Source: Candidatus Heimdallarchaeota archaeon (GTDB taxonomy: Archaea > Asgardarchaeota > Heimdallarchaeia > Heimdallarchaeales > Heimdallarchaeaceae). Taken from it: 20,877 nucleotides of DNA. Positions 1 to 6,988 of this stretch are shown here, one piece after another. Each line of letters begins with the position of its first letter. Position 1 is the stretch's first letter. The notes below the pieces were generated by a model that had not been told where the DNA came from, ran no database searches, and saw only the letters and a program-made list of their open reading frames with translations. Location of the stretch: NCBI GenBank assembly GCA_019057375.1, contig DXJF01000044.1:1-20877 (forward strand), given 5' to 3'. Position numbers and translations under genes: made by a program.

Positions 1-141
1 CCATTGAATAGTCCTCTTAGAAGAATAACCACAGAACCTTTTCTTCTAACAATAAGCTGTTTAGCTAGCATTAGCATATTAATTGCAAGAAAAAAAAGAA
101 AGAAGGCTGAGTTAAGAAAAAAAACTGAAAGATTTATATAA
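1..141 (+). CDS. 3' end of a truncated gene; C-terminal hydrophobic helix plus basic tail (membrane-anchored surface protein-like)
   Basis: My translation of frame 1 is PLNSPLRRITTEPFLLTISCLASISILIARKKRKKAELRKKTERFI*, open from base 1 to TAA at 139-141. It has a hydrophobic stretch followed by RKKRKK. Confidence 0.55.
   Translation, partial: PLNSPLRRITTEPFLLTISCLASISILIARKKRKKAELRKKTERFI
127..140 (+). promoter_or_regulatory. Putative BRE/TATA box for 167..874
   Basis: GAAAGATTTATATA ends 27 bp before ATG167. The same 12-mer GAAAGATTTATA occurs at 8925-8936 before ORF 8960. Confidence 0.5.
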
Positions 142-166
142 TTGAATTCAAACTAGGTGCAATAAA

Positions 167-874
167 ATGATAGAATCAAAGGATAAGATGAAAATCAAGA
201 AATTTCTTCTAGCTGCGGGAATCAGTTTTATTTTATATCCAATTCTGGAAGTAGTGTTTGGATTTACATCTTATCTGTGGAGTGGAGAATTATATTTAAT
301 CATATATCTTCCAACAAAATTTTGTTTTATACTAGGGTTAATCTTCACTTTGCTAATCATCAATATTCTGAGAAAGAATGAGAGAATAAATTCTAATCTT
401 CATACAACCACTTTTGTATTCCTCTCTGTTCTGATTGCATTCTTTACCATTCAGTTTATAATTTTAGCACCATTAGGAATACTATCTCATAGTTACTTCC
501 TGTTTCTTTCACCTATGACCACAGGAGGGCAGGTATACTTTACCTACCCATATGGAATAGAAACGTTCATCCCCATGATTTTCATAGAAGGGATAGCTTT
601 TACAGGAATTTATCGAATTGCAAATGAGCTAGATAAGAAAAAGAGTAACAGAATCATACTATTTCAAGGATGGAATAAAGCAATTTTCTTCACATTATTT
701 GTAATCCTATCGTATTCAATCCCTTTGGAAATTAATGGAAACCCATTACCGCGTCACATAATTCATATCGTTTCAAATTCAGTGTATCTATTAGTAAGCT
801 TATTAGCAACAATAGTTTTTGGGGTTTTTATGATAATCAAAACAAAGAAAATAGAAAATAAAGCTGCAAAATAA
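167..874 (+). CDS. Hypothetical multi-pass membrane protein (about 6 TM helices)
   Basis: 235-aa ORF with repeated hydrophobic segments and no recognisable motif. The start could be ATG167 or ATG188. Confidence 0.75.
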   Translation: MIESKDKMKIKKFLLAAGISFILYPILEVVFGFTSYLWSGELYLIIYLPTKFCFILGLIFTLLIINILRKNERINSNLHTTTFVFLSVLIAFFTIQFIILAPLGILSHSYFLFLSPMTTGGQVYFTYPYGIETFIPMIFIEGIAFTGIYRIANELDKKKSNRIILFQGWNKAIFFTLFVILSYSIPLEINGNPLPRHIIHIVSNSVYLLVSLLATIVFGVFMIIKTKKIENKAAK

Positions 875-1006
875 TAGATTTATTCTTTTCAATTACTAAT
901 AGGATTGAAATGGCCAACAAAACGAAGAAAGGCTGGAATTGACTTTTTAAAATTTTTCCTCGAGTTTATAAATCAATTTGCAAATTAACTTGTTGGTGAA
1001 AGACAC

Positions 1007-2161
1007 ATGGCTTCGTCTACATCCACGAAACAAGTAATGATAAGTAAAAACGACCAAAAAGATTTTTTGACAGAATGTGTTGATATTGCAATAGGAGAAG
1101 AAACAGGTTCTCCTTATATGATAGGACTAGCAGCTGAGAAAGGGATAAAGAAGGGAGATATAAACAGCTGGGAAGAATTAGCAGAACAATTTGGACCAAC
1201 AGGCCCAAATATTTTCAGAGACAAATCGATAATGTTTACAACAACAAAATGGGCACATGAATACTATGCGAAGAATCCAGGAACAGAAATGCAGGTAGCA
1301 GAAACAGGCGGTACTACAGGAGCTCCTAAGAAAAACATACTTTTTGCAAACACTCTTAGGAACGATTTTGACAACATGGACTATTTTAGTCTTGATACAG
1401 ATACTTTCAATGTCTTAGCTAAAGTCTGTGAAGGTCAGTTCGAAGATTTTGGTATTCCTAGAGATTTAACCTACCTTGCAACAGTACCTACAGGTCCACA
1501 TACTATAGGAAAATGGACTCTGAAGAGCTTTGAACGTGATTTTGCTAAATCTGTCTTCTTGATAGATATGGACCCTCGTTTTGTTAAAGTTGCAATGATG
1601 GCTGACCCCAAGATTGGTGGTATGTATCTTCAACATATGCAAGACCAAGTTGAACGCTTAGTCAAACAAGAATTTCCTTTTATCACTGGTATGTTTACCA
1701 CTGGGGTTCTCATCGAGAAGATGTTTCCATTGATTCAAAATCTTAAGGAACGTGGCAACCTTCAAGCTATCGTACACGGCGGTACTCCGCTCTCTAATGA
1801 GACTCTAAAGGTTCTCCGCGAAGATCTAGGCTTACCTGTTATGGGCTTTTATGGTCAATCCCTTTTCGGTACTGCTTTCGAATCTCCTGACCATGAAGAC
1901 TACTTTATCGACTACTATCCTCATCCTCGTATGAACATGTTTGTTATTGACAATCCAACTGACATTTCTACAAGAGTTAACTATGGAGAACAAGGAACTG
2001 TTGTCAGTCAGAGAATTAGTCCCGAAACAGTTATTCCTGCTTTAATCCAGACAGGTGATTTAGCTACTCTAATCAAGCCAAAAGGCAAATTCGGATTTGC
2101 AGATGGCGTACGAGATCCACATAGAGACTTAACTGATAATCAACAAATGGGCGTGTATTAA
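1007..2161 (+). CDS. EhpF/GriC-like adenylate-forming (ANL superfamily, PaaK-related) enzyme
   Basis: Motifs ETGSPY, ETGGTTGAPK (P-loop-like adenylation motif), ATVPTGPHTIG, IDMDPRFVK, GGTPL, YGEQG and C-terminal GVY match, in order, my recollection of Pantoea EhpF (ETGSPF, ESGGTTGAPK, AAIPTGPHIVG, IDIDPRWVK, GGTEL, YGERG, GVY). Confidence 0.8.
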   Translation: MASSTSTKQVMISKNDQKDFLTECVDIAIGEETGSPYMIGLAAEKGIKKGDINSWEELAEQFGPTGPNIFRDKSIMFTTTKWAHEYYAKNPGTEMQVAETGGTTGAPKKNILFANTLRNDFDNMDYFSLDTDTFNVLAKVCEGQFEDFGIPRDLTYLATVPTGPHTIGKWTLKSFERDFAKSVFLIDMDPRFVKVAMMADPKIGGMYLQHMQDQVERLVKQEFPFITGMFTTGVLIEKMFPLIQNLKERGNLQAIVHGGTPLSNETLKVLREDLGLPVMGFYGQSLFGTAFESPDHEDYFIDYYPHPRMNMFVIDNPTDISTRVNYGEQGTVVSQRISPETVIPALIQTGDLATLIKPKGKFGFADGVRDPHRDLTDNQQMGVY

Positions 2162-2173
2162 GTCCCCAAAAAA

Positions 2174-2209
2174 TTCATTTTTTCAACCTTGGGGAGGTTG
2201 AGTTTTCTT
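2174..2209. repeat. Palindromic repeat site, copy 1
   Basis: TTCATTTTTTCAACCTTGGGGAGGTTGAGTTTTCTT, with arms TCAACCT (2183-2189) and AGGTTGA (2195-2201) and spacer TGGGG. It is 34/36 identical to copy 2. Confidence 0.9.
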
Positions 2210-2226
2210 CCTTTTTTCTATAGATC

Positions 2227-3254
2227 CTACTTGACTACTTCATCTGGAAGTGTGAATACAAACAAGCACCGTTCATCCTTATTCAATACTGTTTCGAGCA
2301 ATTCTGTTTCCAAGGATACTCCAAGAATAGTATCCCAAAGCTGTTTACTCCATCCTGCACCACAGTAACAGAAATCCCCGTTAATCTCAAGATCATCGTT
2401 TCTTATAGTTTCTTTTACCCATCCACAGTGACAGTAGTGATATCTTCTAGCTATATCATCTGTTGCCTCTAGATGTTCAATAATTTTGAATGGAAATTTA
2501 GCTTTATACAATTTGTTACCTTCACGCTCCCCACCCCAAAATCCTTAAAGAGGGTTGTTTTGAATGAATTCCATTGCTTCTTTGTGTTCCCCATAAGTCT
2601 TAGTCATTTTCATCACCCAGTCATTGTGCATTTGTTCTAGCAGTAGATCTATATCTCCTAGCTTTTGATATAGTTTCTTGTATTTCATTGCTACACTACT
2701 TGAACTTAGAGAGCGTTTATGCAAACCACTGGCTAAAATTTCTTGCATAGTTTTTTCATCTAATTCATTTCCATTTTTTGCATGACTTGACATATGTAAC
2801 AGCTCTTTTTCTTAGGTGAAGAATTTTGTTTAATATTTTCTTTACCCTCTAAAATCTGATTTACTTTATCTTGGGAAAGATGCTTATTCAATTCCTTCTC
2901 TAGATTAATTACAAACTTAGGTTGATTCATCAACTCTTTTTTGAACTCTTTGGATTTGGGTTCATAAATTTGTTTGAGTTTATCAAGATGAGTAACTAAT
3001 TCTTCTTTCCCTACAAAGCTAAGATAAAATCTCAAAATATAATTACCATACGAACTATTATATGTCACCCAGTTTTGATAATCATCATAAATATACTCAA
3101 AATAATCAGAAAGAATTGACTCATTTACCAATTCAAGTTTTAGGTTTTGTTGTTGGAGAAATTGCTGAAATAATCTAAATCCTTCAACGTAATCATCATA
3201 TTTTTTTACTTTCTTTTCTTTTCTCATATAAATTTCAAAGTCTTCTAAGCTCAT
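2227..3254 (-). pseudogene. Disrupted DUF6144-like protein (helical N-terminal domain; C-terminal Cys-rich domain with YCHC..W..ET, FCYCGAGW, C.F motifs)
   Basis: Three track ORFs join into one gene. 2545..2793 and 2227..2511 are in the same frame, separated only by TAA at 2545-2547 (NNPL*GFWGGEREGNKLYKAK). 2760..3254 joins 2545..2793 if one A is restored near 2766-2771 (QKMENELDEKTMQEILA). The family call is from motif recognition. Confidence 0.75.
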
Positions 3255-3282
3255 TTCAAACAGAAATTGTAAACTCTTTCAC

Positions 3283-3290
3283 TATAAAAA
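3283..3290 (-). promoter_or_regulatory. Putative TATA box of the DUF6144-like module
   Basis: TTTTTATA on the minus strand, 29-36 bp upstream of ATG3254. Confidence 0.45.
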
Positions 3291-3360
3291 GATTTTATCA
3301 ATCCAATACTCTGGAGACTTAATGACAATTATCAGATTGGAGTTTATTAAGTCCTATACA

Positions 3361-3396
3361 TTCATTTTTTCAACCTTAGGGAGGTTGATTTTTCTT
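3361..3396. repeat. Palindromic repeat site, copy 2
   Basis: TTCATTTTTTCAACCTTAGGGAGGTTGATTTTTCTT, with arms at 3370-3376 and 3382-3388 and spacer TAGGG. Confidence 0.9.
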
Positions 3397-3412
3397 TCTT
3401 GCCAATAGTCTT

Positions 3413-3817
3413 TTATGAAATGTGTTGGTTTGCTGTTGATTTTGTTTGCCCAACAAGGGACAATATTCCTCCTGATAGAACAAACAATCCTCCTGCTCCT
3501 CCAGTTATGAAACCAACAACTATCATTATTACTGCTATCACTGTAATATCCTTAATCCACGGACCAGTTTTCGCTTTCTTTTGTAACCAATCCCAAATTA
3601 GGAAGAGAACTAGTACTCCCAGAAGTAGCATTATCAAACCATTCAACCAAAAGATTCCTGTAAAGGAAAGAAATGACATTCCTCCTACTACTTCTAAACC
3701 TCTAGCAGCTTTCGCTTCAGCGATAATGGTTAATAAACCCTGTATCACAAGAATAAATCCACCAATCAATGTATTTATTCTTCCGCAAGTTAATCCACAA
3801 GCTCTTTCATTTATCAT
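3413..3817 (-). CDS. Hypothetical small membrane protein (3-4 TM, Gly-rich)
   Basis: 134-aa ORF with hydrophobic Gly-rich helices and a TTTATATA box at 3839-3846 upstream. Confidence 0.75.
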   Translation of the reverse strand: MINERACGLTCGRINTLIGGFILVIQGLLTIIAEAKAARGLEVVGGMSFLSFTGIFWLNGLIMLLLGVLVLFLIWDWLQKKAKTGPWIKDITVIAVIMIVVGFITGGAGGLFVLSGGILSLVGQTKSTANQHIS

Positions 3818-3838
3818 ATAAATCCATTAATTATAAGG

Positions 3839-3846
3839 TATATAAA
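3839..3846 (-). promoter_or_regulatory. Putative TATA box for 3413..3817
   Basis: TTTATATA on the minus strand, 22-29 bp upstream of ATG3817. Confidence 0.5.
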
Positions 3847-3920
3847 TTTGCAGCAAAATACCTAGCTTAAATAGCTAAAAGAGCTCAATAATCTTATAGA
3901 TAGAGTTGTAAAAATCTTAG

Positions 3921-3960
3921 TTTTCAACCTTAGGAGATTGATTTTTTTCTCTTACTTTTT
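3921..3960. repeat. Palindromic repeat site, copy 3
   Basis: TTTTCAACCTTAGGAGATTGATTTTTTTCTCTTACTTTTT, with left arm TCAACCT (3924-3930), spacer TAGG and variant right arm AGATTGA (3935-3941). It shares CTCTTACTTTTT with copy 4. Confidence 0.85.
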
Positions 3961-4372
3961 ATAATATTCTGACAAATTTCTTGTATTCTTTCGGAGTTTT
4001 TTTCAAAAATTTCTCATCTGCAGTGATCAATTTCCCTTCTCTTATTTTTGCTAATGCTACATAAGCCGAATCATATAAGGAGAGTTCACTCTTCATAGAT
4101 ATTTCTATGGACTTACCTGCTAGTTCTTTGTCAAGTGTGATGAATTCTATTCCATAATTTATTATTGTATCAAAAATTCTTTCTATTTCTTCTTGCTTAT
4201 GTAACTTGATATATTTTAAAGCATTCAAAACTTCATATAAAATCAGATTTGGTGCGATTAAATTAAGTTTTCCCTTGATATAATTGTCCCGTATTTCTAT
4301 TGCAGATTCAGATTTTATTTCATTTACGAACCATTTAACTAATACACTTGCATCAATCACTAGGAGTTCCAT
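3959..4372 (-). CDS. vapC: PIN-domain ribonuclease toxin (VapC family)
   Basis: VIDASVLVKW, YEVLNALK, YDSAYVALA and LITADEK are the conserved acidic PIN motifs. The gene overlaps the 3' end of the upstream antitoxin. Confidence 0.93.
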   Translation of the reverse strand: MELLVIDASVLVKWFVNEIKSESAIEIRDNYIKGKLNLIAPNLILYEVLNALKYIKLHKQEEIERIFDTIINYGIEFITLDKELAGKSIEISMKSELSLYDSAYVALAKIREGKLITADEKFLKKTPKEYKKFVRIL

Positions 4373-4598
4373 ATCTATTATCTCTCCAATTGCGGATTAG
4401 TTCTGTTGAATCCCACTTTGAGGGAGCATCTTTTCTCAATTCCTCGTTTGAAAGTAGAGCTTCTGCAATATTTTTATTTTCTTCCTGATTTATTATCTTC
4501 AAAATAGCTTCTCTAAGCTCTTCACTCCAATTAATGTGGTTTAATTTCTTCATTTTCCTCTTTATCTCATCAGGTACTCGAACACTAATTGACGTCAT
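4353..4598 (-). CDS. vapB: Ribbon-helix-helix antitoxin (VapB-like), 81 aa
   Basis: MTSISVRVPDEIKRKMKKLNHINWSEELREAI is an RHH-type archaeal antitoxin start. The real start is probably ATG4598 rather than 4715, because a TATA-like box lies at 4625-4635. Confidence 0.85.
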   Translation of the reverse strand: MTSISVRVPDEIKRKMKKLNHINWSEELREAILKIINQEENKNIAEALLSNEELRKDAPSKWDSTELIRNWRDNRYGTPSD

Positions 4599-4608
4599 TG
4601 TATATACG

Positions 4609-4635
4609 GTATGACATGTCGTACATATATTTTTC
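4609..4635 (-). promoter_or_regulatory. vapBC promoter with overlapping palindromic operator
   Basis: Imperfect palindrome GTATGACATGTCGTAC (4609-4624, perfect core GACATGTC) lies between the start codon and GAAAAATATAT (minus strand, 4625-4635). Confidence 0.6.
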
Positions 4636-4651
4636 TGTTCGAAATATTCTC

Positions 4652-4690
4652 TTTTTTCAATCTTTGGGAGGTTGATTTCTCTTACTTTTT
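4652..4690. repeat. Palindromic repeat site, copy 4 (overlaps the nitrilase 3' end)
   Basis: TTTTTTCAATCTTTGGGAGGTTGATTTCTCTTACTTTTT, with variant left arm TCAATCT (4657-4663), spacer TTGGG and right arm AGGTTGA (4669-4675). Confidence 0.85.
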
Positions 4691-5571
4691 TGTTTCTTTG
4701 CTTTGAATCTATCAAAAATAGTTGACAAGGCTAGATCTATGTTTTTTGTTATATGAATTACTCTAGCTAATTTCACATATATTTTTCTAATTGTTCTCTT
4801 TACAAGCTTCTGTTTTACAATTCCTATTTCATGGTATAAGTATTGTTCTTTTTCCTTCCCTTTTACACATATTTCTCCTACTGGGTTGGTGATTGTTAAC
4901 CACCCATCCCAAAAATGCCCTCCTTCTTCTCCATATCTATTTGCATTTACTATCCAAGCATTATAGCTTCTTGCTAGATGACCTATCCCAAATTCTCTTG
5001 GGTCTTCATCATCTGCTAAACTATGAATTATAAGGTCTAGATTACTTTTCTTCAAAGCTTTGTTAACTTCTTTGCTCTGTACATCATAACAAATAACTAT
5101 CCCTGTCTTTACATCTTTTATCTTAGCAATTGTAACTAAAACTTCTCCTGGAGTGAAGAACTTTTCTCTCATTTTTGTTTTTCGATGAACTGCTACAATT
5201 TTACCTTCTGTATCAATTAACACCTGAGAATTGTAGAATCCTTGCTGATCCTTCTCACTAATTCCAAAACAGATGTAGACATTATTTTTATCGGCTAACT
5301 CTGATATAAGCTGGGTTGTTTCTCCAGGAATATTTTCTGCAATTCTATGATGATATTCAGCAGTTTTATCAAAATTAAAAAACCAACCAGTTATTGTTTC
5401 TCCAAAAACAATTAACTCAACTTGAGGATGATTCTCCTTTATTACTGTAATCAGCTTGGTCATTTTCAATAAATTCTTTTCAGGATTTTCATCACAAATC
5501 ATGGAAACAGAAGCAATTTTAAGTTTTAAAGCAGCTTTAGAAGTATCATAGAGAAATCTTTTCAAACCCAT
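4657..5571 (-). CDS. Carbon-nitrogen hydrolase (nitrilase superfamily)
   Basis: Catalytic triad contexts FGETI (Glu), HRKTK (Lys) and ICYD (Cys). Confidence 0.9.
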   Translation of the reverse strand: MGLKRFLYDTSKAALKLKIASVSMICDENPEKNLLKMTKLITVIKENHPQVELIVFGETITGWFFNFDKTAEYHHRIAENIPGETTQLISELADKNNVYICFGISEKDQQGFYNSQVLIDTEGKIVAVHRKTKMREKFFTPGEVLVTIAKIKDVKTGIVICYDVQSKEVNKALKKSNLDLIIHSLADDEDPREFGIGHLARSYNAWIVNANRYGEEGGHFWDGWLTITNPVGEICVKGKEKEQYLYHEIGIVKQKLVKRTIRKIYVKLARVIHITKNIDLALSTIFDRFKAKKQKSKRNQPPKD

Positions 5572-5619
5572 AAAGGTGAATGAGCAGTGATATTAATAAG
5601 TATTATTAGATTAGAAAAG

Positions 5620-5982
5620 TTAAATTGGTTCATCAGCAACAGAAACTGAACAAAGTATATACTCATCTGAATGTACAACAGTATATTGTTCATTTAAATC
5701 TAAAGAAGCAAGCAACTCCATATAGAGATTTCTTAATTTCAGCGGGTTAAGTTGAGTTACAGTAAAAGTGTAATTTGATTTCTTTTCTAGAATATCAAAA
5801 TTAAATCCATATGAATGGTCTTCCGCCAAAAACTCTGCAATTTTCTTTCGCCAATTTAAAACAGAACTAGATGGTTTTGATTTGCAAAATTCTAATATGA
5901 AACTCTCTGTTTCTAGTATTCTTTCCCCATTTGAAAAGAGAAGATAAGCAATCTTATGAATCTCATCTTGAAACCTATCCAT
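5620..5982 (-). CDS. Hypothetical protein
   Basis: 120-aa ORF filling the gap between co-oriented genes, with no motif recognised. Confidence 0.65.
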   Translation of the reverse strand: MDRFQDEIHKIAYLLFSNGERILETESFILEFCKSKPSSSVLNWRKKIAEFLAEDHSYGFNFDILEKKSNYTFTVTQLNPLKLRNLYMELLASLDLNEQYTVVHSDEYILCSVSVADEPI

Positions 5983-6058
5983 CAGTACATCAGTATGTCA
6001 ATACTATATAAAAACCAAAATTAGTTAATGTTATTCCCTCTTTCAAAGTCGTTGTATC

Positions 6059-6925
6059 TCATCCATCAATTGTATGTATGTGTTTGTTAATCATTTTTGC
6101 ATACTCTACTACACCTGGTTTAATATGCATAAAATTGTAATCAGGAATTTCTATTAGAGTGCTTCTTTCTATTAAATTACTCACTTCTCTTGTTTTTTCT
6201 ATTCTGTGATATTTATCATCTGAAGTAGTAAAAATTGTTACGGGACAATTTATTTTCTGATAATCGTCTGAAGCATTCCACCTTCTCATCTTTGAGCATC
6301 TCTTCCATCTCCCAACATCAATATTCGTAACTCGTTCATAATATACTTTCTTTTGAAAACCAGGAGCCACTCTATTTCTAAGATATCTCTTAGCTATCCT
6401 TTTACCAACTCGTTCCAAGAAGAAAGTAGGTAACATAAAAGCTAATTGAGTAGATATTTTTGGGTAGCTTGAACGAATAAAAGGTCCAATGAAGACACAC
6501 CCTCTAGGTTTCACCCAGTTTTGTGCTAAACAATGGGCTACATAGTAGACACCGAAGCTAGAACCAATAAAAACGATATTCTCTTCTTTGATTTTTAAAT
6601 GATGAATAGTTTCAACAATGTCAAGTGCTATTCGATGAATTGTACATTGTTTTTTCTTTTGTAGATCAATTGTTGGTTTCTCTCTAGAGTCAATTATAAC
6701 AAGATCGAAGTCTTTGTACAACTCATCCCAAAAGTCTGTCCAAGAATAAATACCAGGACCTGCTCCTTGAATAAAGAAGATTGTAGGATTATTAGAACCT
6801 GCATGTTTTGTTGAATATAAACACTGAATTTCTTGCTCATCAGACATGAGAATTTGCTCTTTAGTTGATTCTTTGATGAAAATCATTTCTTGAGGAAATT
6901 CTTCTTCTAATGAGTTAAACATCAT
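6059..6925 (-). CDS. Alpha/beta-fold hydrolase
   Basis: Nucleophile elbow GSSFG (GxSxG), oxyanion-like segment FFIQGAG, and a late Asp/His region (SDDKY...FMH). Confidence 0.85.
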   Translation of the reverse strand: MMFNSLEEEFPQEMIFIKESTKEQILMSDEQEIQCLYSTKHAGSNNPTIFFIQGAGPGIYSWTDFWDELYKDFDLVIIDSREKPTIDLQKKKQCTIHRIALDIVETIHHLKIKEENIVFIGSSFGVYYVAHCLAQNWVKPRGCVFIGPFIRSSYPKISTQLAFMLPTFFLERVGKRIAKRYLRNRVAPGFQKKVYYERVTNIDVGRWKRCSKMRRWNASDDYQKINCPVTIFTTSDDKYHRIEKTREVSNLIERSTLIEIPDYNFMHIKPGVVEYAKMINKHIHTIDG

Positions 6926-6988
6926 TTTCTTTACTTTCTAATAGCTCTTATATAATTATTGATTTCATATCACTGTAAGAAATATTAG

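Noticed and set aside
2183-2203. Canonical integron attC (sense strand of copy 1 reads ACTCAAC...GTTGAAA, like RYYYAAC/GTTRRRY)
   Set aside because: Only 9 nt lie between the core-like sites, there are no L boxes or extrahelical bases, copy 4 has ATT instead of GTT, and no intI is in the window. The arm-swap pattern points to crossover in the spacer, not at G/TT.
2174-2209. Repeat as a simple intrinsic terminator
   Set aside because: Plausible only for copy 1, which follows a plus-strand gene. Copies 2-4 have no plus-strand gene upstream and read as A-tracts on the sense strand. A dual role is not excluded.
2545-2547. Stop-codon read-through or programmed frameshift in the DUF6144-like gene
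   Set aside because: TAA is a normal stop throughout the window and two separate lesions would both need recoding, so a pseudogene or assembly error is simpler.
3399-3821. Plus-strand 140-aa ORF
   Set aside because: Antisense shadow of the membrane protein gene 3413..3817.
2174-4690. CRISPR array (about 36-bp palindromic repeat; minus-strand ends [G/A]TTGAAA resemble archaeal CRISPR repeat 3' ends)
   Set aside because: Intervals are 0.55-1.2 kb and contain whole genes, copies vary in length, and no cas genes or leader are visible.
4599-4715. N-terminal extension of the vapB ORF in the track
   Set aside because: It runs through the promoter, operator, repeat copy 4 and the nitrilase 3' end. 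The RHH domain begins at ATG4598.
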